A stretch of 44,613 bases of DNA from Candidatus Eiseniibacteriota bacterium. Lineage in GTDB: Bacteria; Eisenbacteria; RBG-16-71-46. This document shows positions 27,819-37,723 of the stretch, one piece after another. The notes beneath the pieces are model-generated. The model did not search any database and had not been told where the DNA came from. It saw nothing but the letters and a program-made list of their open reading frames with translations. The position numbers were made by a program, and so were the translations under genes. Position 1 is the first letter of the stretch. Every line of letters begins with the position of its first letter. The stretch covers positions 1 through 44,613 of the forward strand of contig JANLOX010000010.1 of the NCBI GenBank assembly GCA_031366795.1. Direction: 5' to 3'.

Positions 27819-28034
27819 GTAACGCCGGGCGACCTGTTCGTCGGGCTGACCGACGGCCTGACCGAGGTCAACGACCGCGCCCAGGTGGAGTTCGGCATGA
27901 ACGGCGTCGTGCGCACCCTCGAACACCATGCAGCCTCCCCGCTCCCGACCGTCTACAATGAACTGCTCACCGCGGCGCGCGCCCACGGGCCGCAGACCGA
28001 CGACCAGACCCTGTTGCTGGTTCGAGCACGATGA
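27819..28034 (+). pseudogene. C-terminal fragment of a SpoIIE/RsbU-type PP2C phosphatase
   Basis: PGD....TDGLTE....EFG.....GPQTDDQTLL. N-terminal PP2C motifs are absent. Confidence 0.75.
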
Positions 28035-28047
28035 TTCCGGAGGCACG

Positions 28048-28995
28048 ATGAGTTCGTCACTACCCCGCACGCACGCCGGCGCCTCGCCCGCGCGCGGCCG
28101 CGAGGGACGCGCCTATCTCGATCCCGCGGTGGTGGCCCGGTTGTCAGGCCTCGATGTGCGCGCGCGGCTGGTCGTCGAGGGCTTCATCTCCGGCATGCAC
28201 CGTTCGCCGTTCCACGGCTTCAGCGTCGAATTCGCCGAGCACCGGCCCTACATGCAGGGTGATCCGCTCAAGAACCTCGATTGGAAGGTGTGGGCGCGCA
28301 GTGACCGCTTCCTCGTCAAGCAGTACACCGAGGAAACCAACCTGCGCAGCCACCTGCTCGTCGACCTGTCGGGCTCGATGCAGTTCAAGTCGGAACGCGC
28401 CGCGATGAGCAAGATCGAGTATGCGCAGTCGCTCGCGGCGGCCCTTGCGTACCTGATGATCCACCAGCAGGACGCCGTGGGCCTGATGCTGTTCGCCGAC
28501 GAGCCGATCACCTATGTGCCGCCGCGCTCGGTGCGCTCGCACATGGACGTGATCCTCAGGACGCTGGGCTCTGTCGAGCCGCGCGGCCGCACGCGATTGG
28601 GGCCGGCGCTGCACCAACTGGCCGAACGCATCAAGCGCCGCGGGCTGGTGATCCTGTTTTCGGATCTCATGGACAAGCCCGAGGAAGTGTTGTCGGGCCT
28701 GCAGCACTTCCGTCACCGCAATCACGAAGTGTTGCTGTTCCACATTCTCGACCCGAATGAGATCGAGTTTCCCTACACCGACACGGCGACGTTTGTCGAT
28801 CTCGAGAGCGGCGAGCGGCTGACGACCGAGCCGTGGGAGATCGCCCGCCGCTACCGCGAAAAGCTCGAGGCGTGGAGCGAGTACTACCGCCGCACCTGCC
28901 GCGATAGCCGTATCGACTATGTGCGGCTCGACACGCGCACGCCGTTCGACCGCGCGCTGCTGGCCTACCTCGAAAAGCGCGGGCGGCAGCTGTGA
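28048..28995 (+). CDS. DUF58 family protein (MoxR-associated)
   Basis: G.HRSPFHGFSVEFAEHRPY..GD...DWK..VKQY.EETN, D.SGSM, FSD. Confidence 0.93.
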   Translation: MSSSLPRTHAGASPARGREGRAYLDPAVVARLSGLDVRARLVVEGFISGMHRSPFHGFSVEFAEHRPYMQGDPLKNLDWKVWARSDRFLVKQYTEETNLRSHLLVDLSGSMQFKSERAAMSKIEYAQSLAAALAYLMIHQQDAVGLMLFADEPITYVPPRSVRSHMDVILRTLGSVEPRGRTRLGPALHQLAERIKRRGLVILFSDLMDKPEEVLSGLQHFRHRNHEVLLFHILDPNEIEFPYTDTATFVDLESGERLTTEPWEIARRYREKLEAWSEYYRRTCRDSRIDYVRLDTRTPFDRALLAYLEKRGRQL

Positions 28996-29024
28996 TCCTG
29001 TTCCGCAGGGTGGAGTTCTAGCCG

Positions 29025-31088
29025 TTGAGTTTTCTCAATCCGCTGTTCCTGTTCGGGCTCGCCGCGGCCGCTATCCCGGTCATCATCCACCTGTTCACGC
29101 GCCGGCGCCCCAAGGACATTCCCTTCCCCTCGCTCGAGTTCCTCGCCGAGGTGAACCAGAGCGAGATCCGCCGTCTCAAGCTCAAGCAGTGGCTGTTGCT
29201 GCTGCTGCGCGCCCTCGCGGTCGCCGCACTCGCGCTGGCCATGTCGCGGCCCGCGCTCAAGGGCTCCATCGGACTCAAGGGGGGGGCCGCCACTACCGTC
29301 GTGGTGCTGGTGGATCGCAGCGGCAGCATGAGCGCGACCGCTCCGGTCTCGGCCGGCGGCGGCACACTCGAAGGCATCGCGCGCCGTGTCGTCGAGAACA
29401 TCCTCGCGACGCTGGGACCGCAGGACGAGTGCCTGCTCGTGCCCTACGACCAGGCGATCGCTCCGGTGACACCGCGGCCGAGCTCCGATCTCGGACGCCT
29501 GCGTGCCGTCGCCCAGGGCCTGACGGCCAGCGCGCGCACCACCGACCATGCCCGCGCGCTCGAGTTCGCGGTGACCGCGTTGCGCGAATCACACGCGCTC
29601 AATCGCGAGCTGTTCTGGATCTCGGACTTCCAGACGTCCGGCTTCAGCACTCCGGGCGGCGCCGCAGCAGCGCCGCACGCGCCCGCTGGCCCGTGGGCGC
29701 AGACGCGCATCTACGCGGTGCCCATCACGCCACGTAGTGCCGTGAACATCGGCCTGACCGACGCTTCGCTGGCGCCCTCCGAGAGCGACGTCTCGCTGTC
29801 GGTCACCTCGCGCTCGTTCAATGCGCCCGCGGGCGATCTCGCCGTCGAAGCGCTCGACGCCACGGCCGGCACATCGATCGGCCGCGGCTTCCTCAATGCC
29901 CCGGCACAGGGCGACGCCTCGACGCTGCTGCCCCTGTCGCGGCTGCCTGCCGAAGGCGGCGTGGCTGCCCTGCCCGAAGACGTGTTGCCGCTCGACAACC
30001 GCCGCTTCTTCGCCTCGGGCCGCGCCGGAACACTGCGGCTGCTGCTGCACGAAGACGGTGTCGCCTCGCCGCTACGCCTCGCACTCGAGGCGGGCAGTCC
30101 TGCCTCCGGGCTCACCGTCGAGTCCGTCGATGGCGTCTCGTTGTCCGCGCACTTGAGCGACGCCGACTGCATCGTGCTTAACGATCTCGAGCGCATCAGC
30201 GCGACCGAACTGCAGGCCGTGCTGGACTTCCATCGCGCCGGCGGCGGCCTGCTGGTGATCCTGGGCGCGCACGCCGATCGCGACTTCTGGAACACCTCGC
30301 TGCTCCACGAACTCGCCGCGGGCGAACTCGGCGACATCGACCAGGCCGGCGCGGGCGGCGCCTGGCGCCTCTTAAACGCAGCCGCGGGACATCCGGTGCT
30401 CGCGGGTTTCCCCGCGCGCCCGGGCGAGCCCGTTTCCACCGCGCGCTTCGAGCGCGTGCGCGCGTTCAAGGCGGGTGCCTCTGCACGCATCGTGCTCGAG
30501 TTCGACCGCGCCCACCCGGCGCTGATCGAATTGCCGCACGCGATGCTGTTCTGCGCGCCGCTCGACGCCACGAACTCCGACTTCCCCGTGAGCGGCGCCT
30601 TCCTGCCGCTCGTCCACCAGATCACACGTGTCCTCGCACGCGGCACCGCAGGCTCCACGCTGGCGCCCGGCGACCGCTACACAGCGCCCGCCAGCACCGG
30701 CACCTGGCGCATCGAAGATTCCGCGGGCCGCGAAGTCGTCTCGGAACTCCAGACCGATCGTGGCGCCACGCGGCTCGTGTCCTCTCCGCTCGAGGCGGCC
30801 GGCATCTATCGCGTGCTACAGGGCGGCACGCTGCGCAGCACGTTCGCGGTGAACCCGGACGCCAGCGAATTCAATCTCGCGGCCGCCTCGGAACGCGAGA
30901 TCCTCTCCGCGTTCCCCGCCGGACGCGCGCAGATCCTTCACCCCGGCGCCGACCTGGCGCGACGCGTCCGCGAGGCGCGCTATGGGCGCGAATTGTGGAA
31001 GTGGTTCATGCTACTGGCACTGCTGCTGTTCGTGGCGGAGACGGTGATCGGGCGCTGGGGTATGGCCGGCCGGGTGAAAGCGAAGTAA
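29025..31088 (+). CDS. BatA N-terminal / vWA domain membrane protein
   Basis: SFLNPLFLFGL..IPVIIHL..FPSL.FL, DRSGSM MIDAS, ISDFQ, C-terminal TM ELWKW..E. Confidence 0.9.
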   Translation: MSFLNPLFLFGLAAAAIPVIIHLFTRRRPKDIPFPSLEFLAEVNQSEIRRLKLKQWLLLLLRALAVAALALAMSRPALKGSIGLKGGAATTVVVLVDRSGSMSATAPVSAGGGTLEGIARRVVENILATLGPQDECLLVPYDQAIAPVTPRPSSDLGRLRAVAQGLTASARTTDHARALEFAVTALRESHALNRELFWISDFQTSGFSTPGGAAAAPHAPAGPWAQTRIYAVPITPRSAVNIGLTDASLAPSESDVSLSVTSRSFNAPAGDLAVEALDATAGTSIGRGFLNAPAQGDASTLLPLSRLPAEGGVAALPEDVLPLDNRRFFASGRAGTLRLLLHEDGVASPLRLALEAGSPASGLTVESVDGVSLSAHLSDADCIVLNDLERISATELQAVLDFHRAGGGLLVILGAHADRDFWNTSLLHELAAGELGDIDQAGAGGAWRLLNAAAGHPVLAGFPARPGEPVSTARFERVRAFKAGASARIVLEFDRAHPALIELPHAMLFCAPLDATNSDFPVSGAFLPLVHQITRVLARGTAGSTLAPGDRYTAPASTGTWRIEDSAGREVVSELQTDRGATRLVSSPLEAAGIYRVLQGGTLRSTFAVNPDASEFNLAAASEREILSAFPAGRAQILHPGADLARRVREARYGRELWKWFMLLALLLFVAETVIGRWGMAGRVKAK

Positions 31089-31092
31089 CAGC

Positions 31093-31887
31093 GTGCGGTA
31101 TCCAAGCGACACCCACCGATCAACGGGCGCGCGCAGGTTCGCGACGCTGCTCGTCATCGCCGCCGCCCTCGCCGGCTCCACGGCCCACGCCCAGTGGTCC
31201 ATCGAAGCCGGGGTCGAGCAGTTCGACTGGCGCGAACACACCACGCCCATCGTGGTGCATGAACATGGGCCCCGTTATTTCGGCGCCGTCGGCTACATGC
31301 TCCCCACAGAACGCGGAGCACTGTTCGCCTACCGCGGCACGGTCTACGGCGGCAACCCCGACTACAATGGGTCGTTCCAGTTCGACGACACCAAGGCCGC
31401 CAGCGGTGCGTCGACCTACCTCGGCACCACGCAACGCGCCGAAGCGCGCTGGCGCTGGCCTGCAATCGCCGATGGCGTGCTCGGGCTCGAATACGAAACC
31501 TGGAAGCGCCAGCTGAGCACCACGCAGGAAGAGACCTACCGCACCGTTTCGCTGCGCGTCGGCGCGGAACACCTTGCCTCGGCGACGAACCGCATCGTTG
31601 CCGGTGGCGGCATGCGCCTCCTGCTCGACGCGAGCGAAGACGCTTCGATCGAAGCGGTGGGGCTGACGTACTTGCTCGCCCTGAGACCCGGCCGCGGCTC
31701 GAACCCCTATCTCTACGCCGGCGCCCGGATCGTGCCGCACCTGACGGTGCTCGGCTCGTGGGACGGCATGAACCTCGGGCAATCCAACCAGGTGGTGTTG
31801 CTCAAGCGCGGCAAGCCGCGCGCGGTGGTATCGCAACCGAGCACCGACATCATGACGCTGGGAGTGCGACTCGTCTACGGTTGGTAA
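31093..31887 (+). CDS. putative outer-membrane beta-barrel protein
   Basis: Signal peptide (..TAHA), alternating hydrophobic strands, C-terminal LGVRLVYGW beta-signal. Confidence 0.65.
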   Translation: MRYPSDTHRSTGARRFATLLVIAAALAGSTAHAQWSIEAGVEQFDWREHTTPIVVHEHGPRYFGAVGYMLPTERGALFAYRGTVYGGNPDYNGSFQFDDTKAASGASTYLGTTQRAEARWRWPAIADGVLGLEYETWKRQLSTTQEETYRTVSLRVGAEHLASATNRIVAGGGMRLLLDASEDASIEAVGLTYLLALRPGRGSNPYLYAGARIVPHLTVLGSWDGMNLGQSNQVVLLKRGKPRAVVSQPSTDIMTLGVRLVYGW

Positions 31888-31943
31888 GCACGTCGCAGCA
31901 ACGGGTGATGATTGCTTCGCAGCGCCCATGTTGGGAGTACATG

Positions 31944-31980
31944 AACGAGCCCCGTGCCATTGACCGGCACGGGGCTCGTT
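31944..31980. terminator. 15-bp hairpin between convergent genes (probable bidirectional terminator)
   Basis: AACGAGCCCCGTGCC-N7-GGCACGGGGCTCGTT. Confidence 0.75.
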
Positions 31981-32000
31981 GCGTTGCGATGGTGTGACGC

Positions 32001-32840
32001 TTACGGCTTGTTCTCGACCTTCACGCCGTGCGGCAGGTCTTCCGGGTTTAGCACGTTGAGCACCACGCGACGATTGCGCAGCAACTCCTCGTCGTTGCGC
32101 TCCTTCGTCTCCGGCTGGGTCTCCCCGTAGCCCTTGGCGATGTACTGGTCCGCGCCCAGCTGGAAGTGATCCAGCAGGTACTTGCGCACGGACTCCGAAC
32201 GCGCCTGGCTGAGACGCAGGTTGTGCGCCGCCGAACCCCGCGTATCGGTGTGGCCCTGCACTTCGATCTTCAGGTTCTGGAACTTCTCGAGCGTGCGGCC
32301 GGCTTCATTCAGCGTGGCCTCGGACTCGGGCAGCAGGTTCGCGCTGTTGGTCTCGAAGTACACGTTCTCGAGGCGGATCTTGCCGCCTTCGACGAGCTGG
32401 CGCTCCATCTCGCTCACGGGTGCTGCCGGCTTCGGCTGCTCGACGGGCGGCGGAGCCACTTCCTTGGGCGCCGGAGTCGGCGCAGGCGGCGGGGCCTGCT
32501 GCTGGGCGTTCAGCGTCCGCTGGTTGGCGGAGCAACCATGCTTGTCGACCTTCTCACCCTTCGGCGTGTTCGGGCACTTGTCGATGCTGTCGCAGACACC
32601 GTCGCCGTCGGCGTCCGTCTGGCAACCCCACTCATCGACCATGCAACCCTGCGGCGTGTTCGGGCAGCGATCGATACGGTCGGGCACGCCGTCGCCGTCA
32701 CCGTCGCGCGTCGCGGCGGGGCCGTAGCAGCCGCACGCTTCGGGCTTGCTCGGGATACCGTTGTCTGCGTGAACCACGGCGCTCAGCGAAAGGCCCAGAC
32801 AACAGGCGATCGCGAAACCACTGAACCAACGGCTCTTCAT
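32001..32840 (-). CDS. OmpA-family peptidoglycan-binding protein with thrombospondin type-3 repeats
   Basis: Signal peptide, two DGDGV.D..D.CPNTP repeats, Pro linker, GHTDTRG..N.RLSQARS..GYGE..NRRV. Confidence 0.92.
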   Translation of the reverse strand: MKSRWFSGFAIACCLGLSLSAVVHADNGIPSKPEACGCYGPAATRDGDGDGVPDRIDRCPNTPQGCMVDEWGCQTDADGDGVCDSIDKCPNTPKGEKVDKHGCSANQRTLNAQQQAPPPAPTPAPKEVAPPPVEQPKPAAPVSEMERQLVEGGKIRLENVYFETNSANLLPESEATLNEAGRTLEKFQNLKIEVQGHTDTRGSAAHNLRLSQARSESVRKYLLDHFQLGADQYIAKGYGETQPETKERNDEELLRNRRVVLNVLNPEDLPHGVKVENKP

Positions 32841-33159
32841 TTGGGGGCTCCCTTCCTCAGTTGAAGCCGACGGGACCCCGGGTCTCCCCCCGGTATGGCA
32901 CACACCCGCGCCGACTTTTCCTAACATGCGCGCAGTCTAGCCGAGATGAATTCCACTGCAAGCGATGCGACACGATGCGCGCGAATCCCGCCGCGCGGGC
33001 AATTCCACCGCCGCGGCCCCCCCGCATCCGCGCACCGTTGAGCTCCCGCGACGCCTTTGTTAGGGTCATCGCTGCTTCGCCACATGAGCGGGGCATTCAC
33101 TGGGTAACCGCCCGAGGGTCGCTCGCGGCGGCTTTCGGCGTTTCGACTGGGGCCTCCGA

Positions 33160-36100
33160 TTGAGCGACAACGACGTCAAGACTTGGGCCCCGCCCGCGCG
33201 ACCGGCCAAGACGACATCCGCTCCGCCACCTGACCTGAACGAGACTTACCTGCGCGACGCGCTGGCCGAGTCGTTGTGCGAGCTGGCTGGCCGCCTGCTC
33301 GAAGCGCGCCAACTGCTCGGGCACCTCGAACACGCCACGCGCGTCACCCAGGCGGGCAAGCGTGCCCCGCGCGTTGCGGTGCGCGGACTCACGGGCTCCG
33401 CGCCCGCGTGGCTCGCGGCATGGCTACAGCGCACCACGGGCCGCACAGTGGTCGTGCTCACGGCGCCCGGGGACACGTACGAGGAAACGCGCGACGACCT
33501 CGAGTACTTCGGTGGAATGGGGCGAGTACTGGCGTTGCCCGAGCCCGACACGTTGCCCTACGACCCGGCCTCTCCACACCCGGGGATCACCGCGCAGCGA
33601 CTCGAAACGCTGAGCCGCCTATCGCGTGGCGAGCGTGGCATCGTGCTCGCCACCGCGCGCGGCGTGTTGCAACGCTTGCCGTCACCGCAACGCCTCGAGC
33701 GCGCGCTCATCGAGCTGAACGTGGCCGGCGACGCCGACCCCATGGCGCTCGCGGAACGCCTCGTGTTCATGGGCTACGAGCGCCTGGCCGAGGTCGAGTC
33801 GAGCGGACACTTCGCGCGGCGCGGCGGCATTCTCGATATCTACCCAGCGGGCGCGGCCGATCCGGTGCGGCTCGAGTTCGACGGCACGACGATCATCTCG
33901 ATGCGGCGCTTCGACGCCGGCACCCAGCGCTCCCTCGAACCGCTGACGTCCGTGCGCATCCTGCCGCGCTACGAAGTAATCGTTTCGCCTGAAGAGGCGC
34001 CCGCCGTCGCCGAGCGCCTGCGCCGCGCGCGCGAGGCGGAGCCCCGCATCGCTGAAGCCGCGACGACGGAGTTCCTGTTCCACGACGGCATGGAACGTTT
34101 CGCCGGGCACTACGACGACAACGCCGCCGCACTTACCGATTACCTGCCCGACGACACGATCGTGATCTGCGATCAACCGGGGCGGCTCAGCGATCGCGTC
34201 GAGGAGTTCGCGGAGCTGGCGGCGCGCGGGCACGGCGAAGCGCTCGATCACTTCCCCGGCGTGTCGCCGCCCGAAGCCTTGTACCTGCCCGGCGAGGCAT
34301 TCGCCGCGTTGTGCAACGAGTACCCGGGTGTGGACTGGATGGACATCGTCCAATCGGCCGGCACCGCCGACCGCTACCTGAGTTCACTGTTCATCGACTG
34401 CGCGCCGGCGGAGCCCGTGCAGCGCTCCATCGAGCGCCTGAAGCACCTGGTCGCCGAGCTCGGCGCCAACTCGATCGAGGTCTCGATCCTGTGCGACAAC
34501 TCAGGCCAGCGCGACCGCTTGTTCGAGTTGATGGGGGAGGCCGGCGCGCAACTCGGCGTCGGGCTCATCACCGCGGGGTTCACCGTGCGTGGCGCGGGCC
34601 TCGCCGTGCTCACCGACCACGAGATCTTCTCGCGCTACAAGCGCCGCCGCCGCAGGCTCAAGCGCACGGGCGGCTTGTCGGTCGCGGAACTCTCGGCGCT
34701 CAAGGTCGGCGACTTCGTGGTGCACGAGGAGTATGGCGTGGGCTCCTACCGCGGCCTGCGCCGGCTCACGCTGAATGGCCAGGAGACCGACTGCGTCGAG
34801 TTGTCCTACGCCGGCACCGACCGGTTGTTCGTGCCCGTGCAGCAACTGGCGCTCGTCTCGCGCTATGCGGCGGGCGAAGGCGCGCAGCCGGCCGTGCACC
34901 GGCTCGGCTCGGGCCAGTGGGCGAAGACGAAGGCGCGCGCGAAGAAGGCCATCCAGGACATGGCCGAGAAGTTGATCAAGGCCTACGCCGCGCGCCGCGC
35001 GCTGCCCGGCCACGCGTGCAAGCCCGACACCGTGTGGCAGCGCGAGATGGAGGCATCGTTCCCGTATGAAGAGACGCCCGACCAGTTGAAGGCCATCGAG
35101 GACGCCAAGGCGGACATGGAATCGCCGCGCCCGATGGACCGGCTGGTGTGCGGCGATGTCGGCTATGGCAAAACGGAAGTCGCCATCCGCGCCGCGTTCA
35201 AGGCGGTGCAGGACGGGCGGCAGGTCGCCGTACTCGTGCCGACGACGATTCTCGCCCAACAGCATGGCCTGACCTTCAGTGAGCGGCTCGCCGACTACCC
35301 GATGCGCGTCGCGGTGATGTCCCGCTTCAGGAGTCCCAAGGAGCAGAAGGAAACGCTGAAGGAGCTGGCCGAGGGCAAGGTGGACATCGTCATCGGCACG
35401 CACCGCCTGCTGTCGAAGGACGTGGTGATCCCGCGGCTGGGGCTGGTGGTGATCGACGAGGAGCACCGCTTCGGCGTGGCGCAGAAGGAGAAGATCCGCC
35501 AGCTCGTGGGCCAGGCCGACGTGCTGGCGATGACGGCGACGCCGATTCCGCGCACGCTCAACCTGAGCCTCGCCGGGGCGCGCGACATGTCGGTGATCGA
35601 GACGCCACCCGTCGACCGCCTGCCCGTCCACACCGAGATCATCGAGTTTGACGAAGAGGTCATCACCGACGCGGTGCTGCGCGAGATCGACCGCGGCGGC
35701 CAGGTGTTCTATGTGCACAACCGCGTGGAGACGATCCACAACACCGCGCTGATGCTGCAGAAGCTCGTGCCCCAGGTGCGCATCGCCGTGGCGCACGGGC
35801 AGATGGCCGAGAAGCCGCTCGAACAGGTGATGCTCGATTTCATCGAGAAGAAGTACGACGTGCTGGTCTCGACCATGATCGTCGAGTCGGGGCTCGACAT
35901 TCCATCGGTCAACACGCTGATCGTCGACCGCGCCGACACGCTGGGCCTGGCGCAGCTCTACCAACTGCGCGGCCGCGTCGGGCGCTCGGCGAACCGCGCC
36001 TTCGCCTACCTGCTGGTGCCCTCACGCCGCGTGCTCACCGAGGACGCCCAGAAGCGCCTGCGCGTGATCGAGGAGTTCGACGAGCTGGGCGTGGGATTCA

Positions 36101-36720
36101 AGGTGGCCTTGAAGGATATGGAAATCCGCGGCGCCGGCAACATGCTGGGGCCCGAGCAGCACGGCTTCATCTTGGGGCTAGGCTTCGACCTCTACGTAAA
36201 GTTGCTCGAGGAGGCGGTGTCGGAGCTGAAGAGCGGTGCGGCGGGCGCCGATGCGCCCGCCGCCGAGCCGCGGCTGCTCACCGACTGGAGCGCCTTCCTG
36301 CCGGACGATTACGTGCCGAACGAGCACGAGAAGCTCGATCTCTACCGCCGCCTCGCCGAGACCCGCACTATCGACACCCTTGATACGCTGACGCTCGAGA
36401 TGCTCGACCGCTTCGGCCAGTTGCCCGAGGCAACCGTGGCGCTGTTCGAGCTGCGCCGCCTGCGCATCCTCGGCGCCGGAGCCCTGATCGAGAGCGTGCG
36501 CGTGTTCGCGCAGGTCACCGAATTGCAGCTCAAGCGCCATCTCAAGCCGCAGGAGATCCGCGCCATCGTCGGCGCGGTGCCGTTCCAGGTGGAGTTCTTC
36601 TCCGGCCGCGAGTTCGGGCTGCGCGTGCGCGGCGAAGGCATCGTGTTGCTCAATCGCTCACGCGAGCTGCTCGAGATGATCGCCGCCACCACCACGACGG
36701 CGGCGCCCGCCGAAGCGTAG
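33160..36720 (+). CDS. mfd: transcription-repair coupling factor
   Basis: UvrB-homology (RGGILD), CarD/RID (VVHEEYGVG), GDVGYGKT, DEEH, TATPIPRTL, QLRGRVGR, TRCF tail. Confidence 0.97.
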   Translation: MSDNDVKTWAPPARPAKTTSAPPPDLNETYLRDALAESLCELAGRLLEARQLLGHLEHATRVTQAGKRAPRVAVRGLTGSAPAWLAAWLQRTTGRTVVVLTAPGDTYEETRDDLEYFGGMGRVLALPEPDTLPYDPASPHPGITAQRLETLSRLSRGERGIVLATARGVLQRLPSPQRLERALIELNVAGDADPMALAERLVFMGYERLAEVESSGHFARRGGILDIYPAGAADPVRLEFDGTTIISMRRFDAGTQRSLEPLTSVRILPRYEVIVSPEEAPAVAERLRRAREAEPRIAEAATTEFLFHDGMERFAGHYDDNAAALTDYLPDDTIVICDQPGRLSDRVEEFAELAARGHGEALDHFPGVSPPEALYLPGEAFAALCNEYPGVDWMDIVQSAGTADRYLSSLFIDCAPAEPVQRSIERLKHLVAELGANSIEVSILCDNSGQRDRLFELMGEAGAQLGVGLITAGFTVRGAGLAVLTDHEIFSRYKRRRRRLKRTGGLSVAELSALKVGDFVVHEEYGVGSYRGLRRLTLNGQETDCVELSYAGTDRLFVPVQQLALVSRYAAGEGAQPAVHRLGSGQWAKTKARAKKAIQDMAEKLIKAYAARRALPGHACKPDTVWQREMEASFPYEETPDQLKAIEDAKADMESPRPMDRLVCGDVGYGKTEVAIRAAFKAVQDGRQVAVLVPTTILAQQHGLTFSERLADYPMRVAVMSRFRSPKEQKETLKELAEGKVDIVIGTHRLLSKDVVIPRLGLVVIDEEHRFGVAQKEKIRQLVGQADVLAMTATPIPRTLNLSLAGARDMSVIETPPVDRLPVHTEIIEFDEEVITDAVLREIDRGGQVFYVHNRVETIHNTALMLQKLVPQVRIAVAHGQMAEKPLEQVMLDFIEKKYDVLVSTMIVESGLDIPSVNTLIVDRADTLGLAQLYQLRGRVGRSANRAFAYLLVPSRRVLTEDAQKRLRVIEEFDELGVGFKVALKDMEIRGAGNMLGPEQHGFILGLGFDLYVKLLEEAVSELKSGAAGADAPAAEPRLLTDWSAFLPDDYVPNEHEKLDLYRRLAETRTIDTLDTLTLEMLDRFGQLPEATVALFELRRLRILGAGALIESVRVFAQVTELQLKRHLKPQEIRAIVGAVPFQVEFFSGREFGLRVRGEGIVLLNRSRELLEMIAATTTTAAPAEA

Positions 36721-36747
36721 CGCCGCCGAGCACGTCGCGAATCTGCG

Positions 36748-37599
36748 TTACGCGGCGGTGGTCGCCCCGCGGCGACGCAGCATCACGAACGCGGCGCACG
36801 CGAACAGGCCGGCTCCAACCAACGGAAGGGCGGCGCGCGGAACCGCGGGCACGGGGACGCTCGATGTGGCGGAGGCCCACTCCACCGAGTTGTCGGGGTG
36901 CTGGAAGGCAAGCCGCGCAGTGCCCGACTCCTGGAACACGACGAACGTTCGCACCGCCGTGGTTGACGTGGTGGGGTCTTCCCACAGCGCCTGCCGGAGG
37001 CCGGTCGCCACTCCGCTCGCGGTTACGCGGAGGACAACGCTACCGTCGATCCGCCCGCTCGCCATGATCCCCTCGACCAGGTAAGTCCCATTGGGCAACA
37101 CGGTTCGCGGAATCGAAATATTGGCGGTCGTGGGCGTGGGGCCCTGCGCAAACACCGTCCCGCCCGTTGCGGTATCGACGACCTTGAGGGCGCTCAGGTT
37201 CTGCGACGCGTGGACGACCACCTGCGTCCCCGTGATCAACGGCACTTCGATGTCGAAGAATGGACGTGAAAGCGCCACATACGGCCCATCAAACTGGCCA
37301 CACGGGCAACCGCCAAAGAACGTGTCGTTGGAAATGAGCACCCCTCCCACGTGAATCACCTTGTTCATCTGGCAATTCCCGTAGTAGGTCAGGGTCTCGT
37401 GATACTGGGTAGGGGATCCATTCGGCCCATTGATGTAGTCGTAAACAATCTCGCCGGCCAGGTAGCAACGTCCGTAGATTCCTCCGGCGCCGCCACAGCC
37501 ATTGCATAGCGCCAGCGCCTCGCGCGGTGATAGCCCTACGACCAGTGTCCACGCCATGGCGAGGACGAGCACCCACGTCCTGTTGCGTTTGCCCGACAT
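36748..37599 (-). CDS. secreted Cys-rich protein with C-terminal TM sorting signal (exosortase CTERM-like)
   Basis: GGGAGG RBS, signal peptide, six Cys in the first ~70 mature residues, tail VPVPAVP-hydrophobic helix-RRR. Confidence 0.75.
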   Translation of the reverse strand: MSGKRNRTWVLVLAMAWTLVVGLSPREALALCNGCGGAGGIYGRCYLAGEIVYDYINGPNGSPTQYHETLTYYGNCQMNKVIHVGGVLISNDTFFGGCPCGQFDGPYVALSRPFFDIEVPLITGTQVVVHASQNLSALKVVDTATGGTVFAQGPTPTTANISIPRTVLPNGTYLVEGIMASGRIDGSVVLRVTASGVATGLRQALWEDPTTSTTAVRTFVVFQESGTARLAFQHPDNSVEWASATSSVPVPAVPRAALPLVGAGLFACAAFVMLRRRGATTAA

Positions 37600-37723
37600 T
37601 GCGGCCTCCCTGAGAGTGAGTCGCTGTGGGCGCACGCTGCCAATACCAGGTGGCCAGAACGCCCCCACGGCGAACCATGAATCGAACCCGACATGGGGGA
37701 GACGGCGCGGCGGGAGGTTTCTA

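Noticed and set aside
31093..32840. split OmpA (beta-barrel gene plus periplasmic OmpA-domain gene)
   Set aside because: The genes are convergent and separated by a terminator hairpin, so there is no evidence of linkage.
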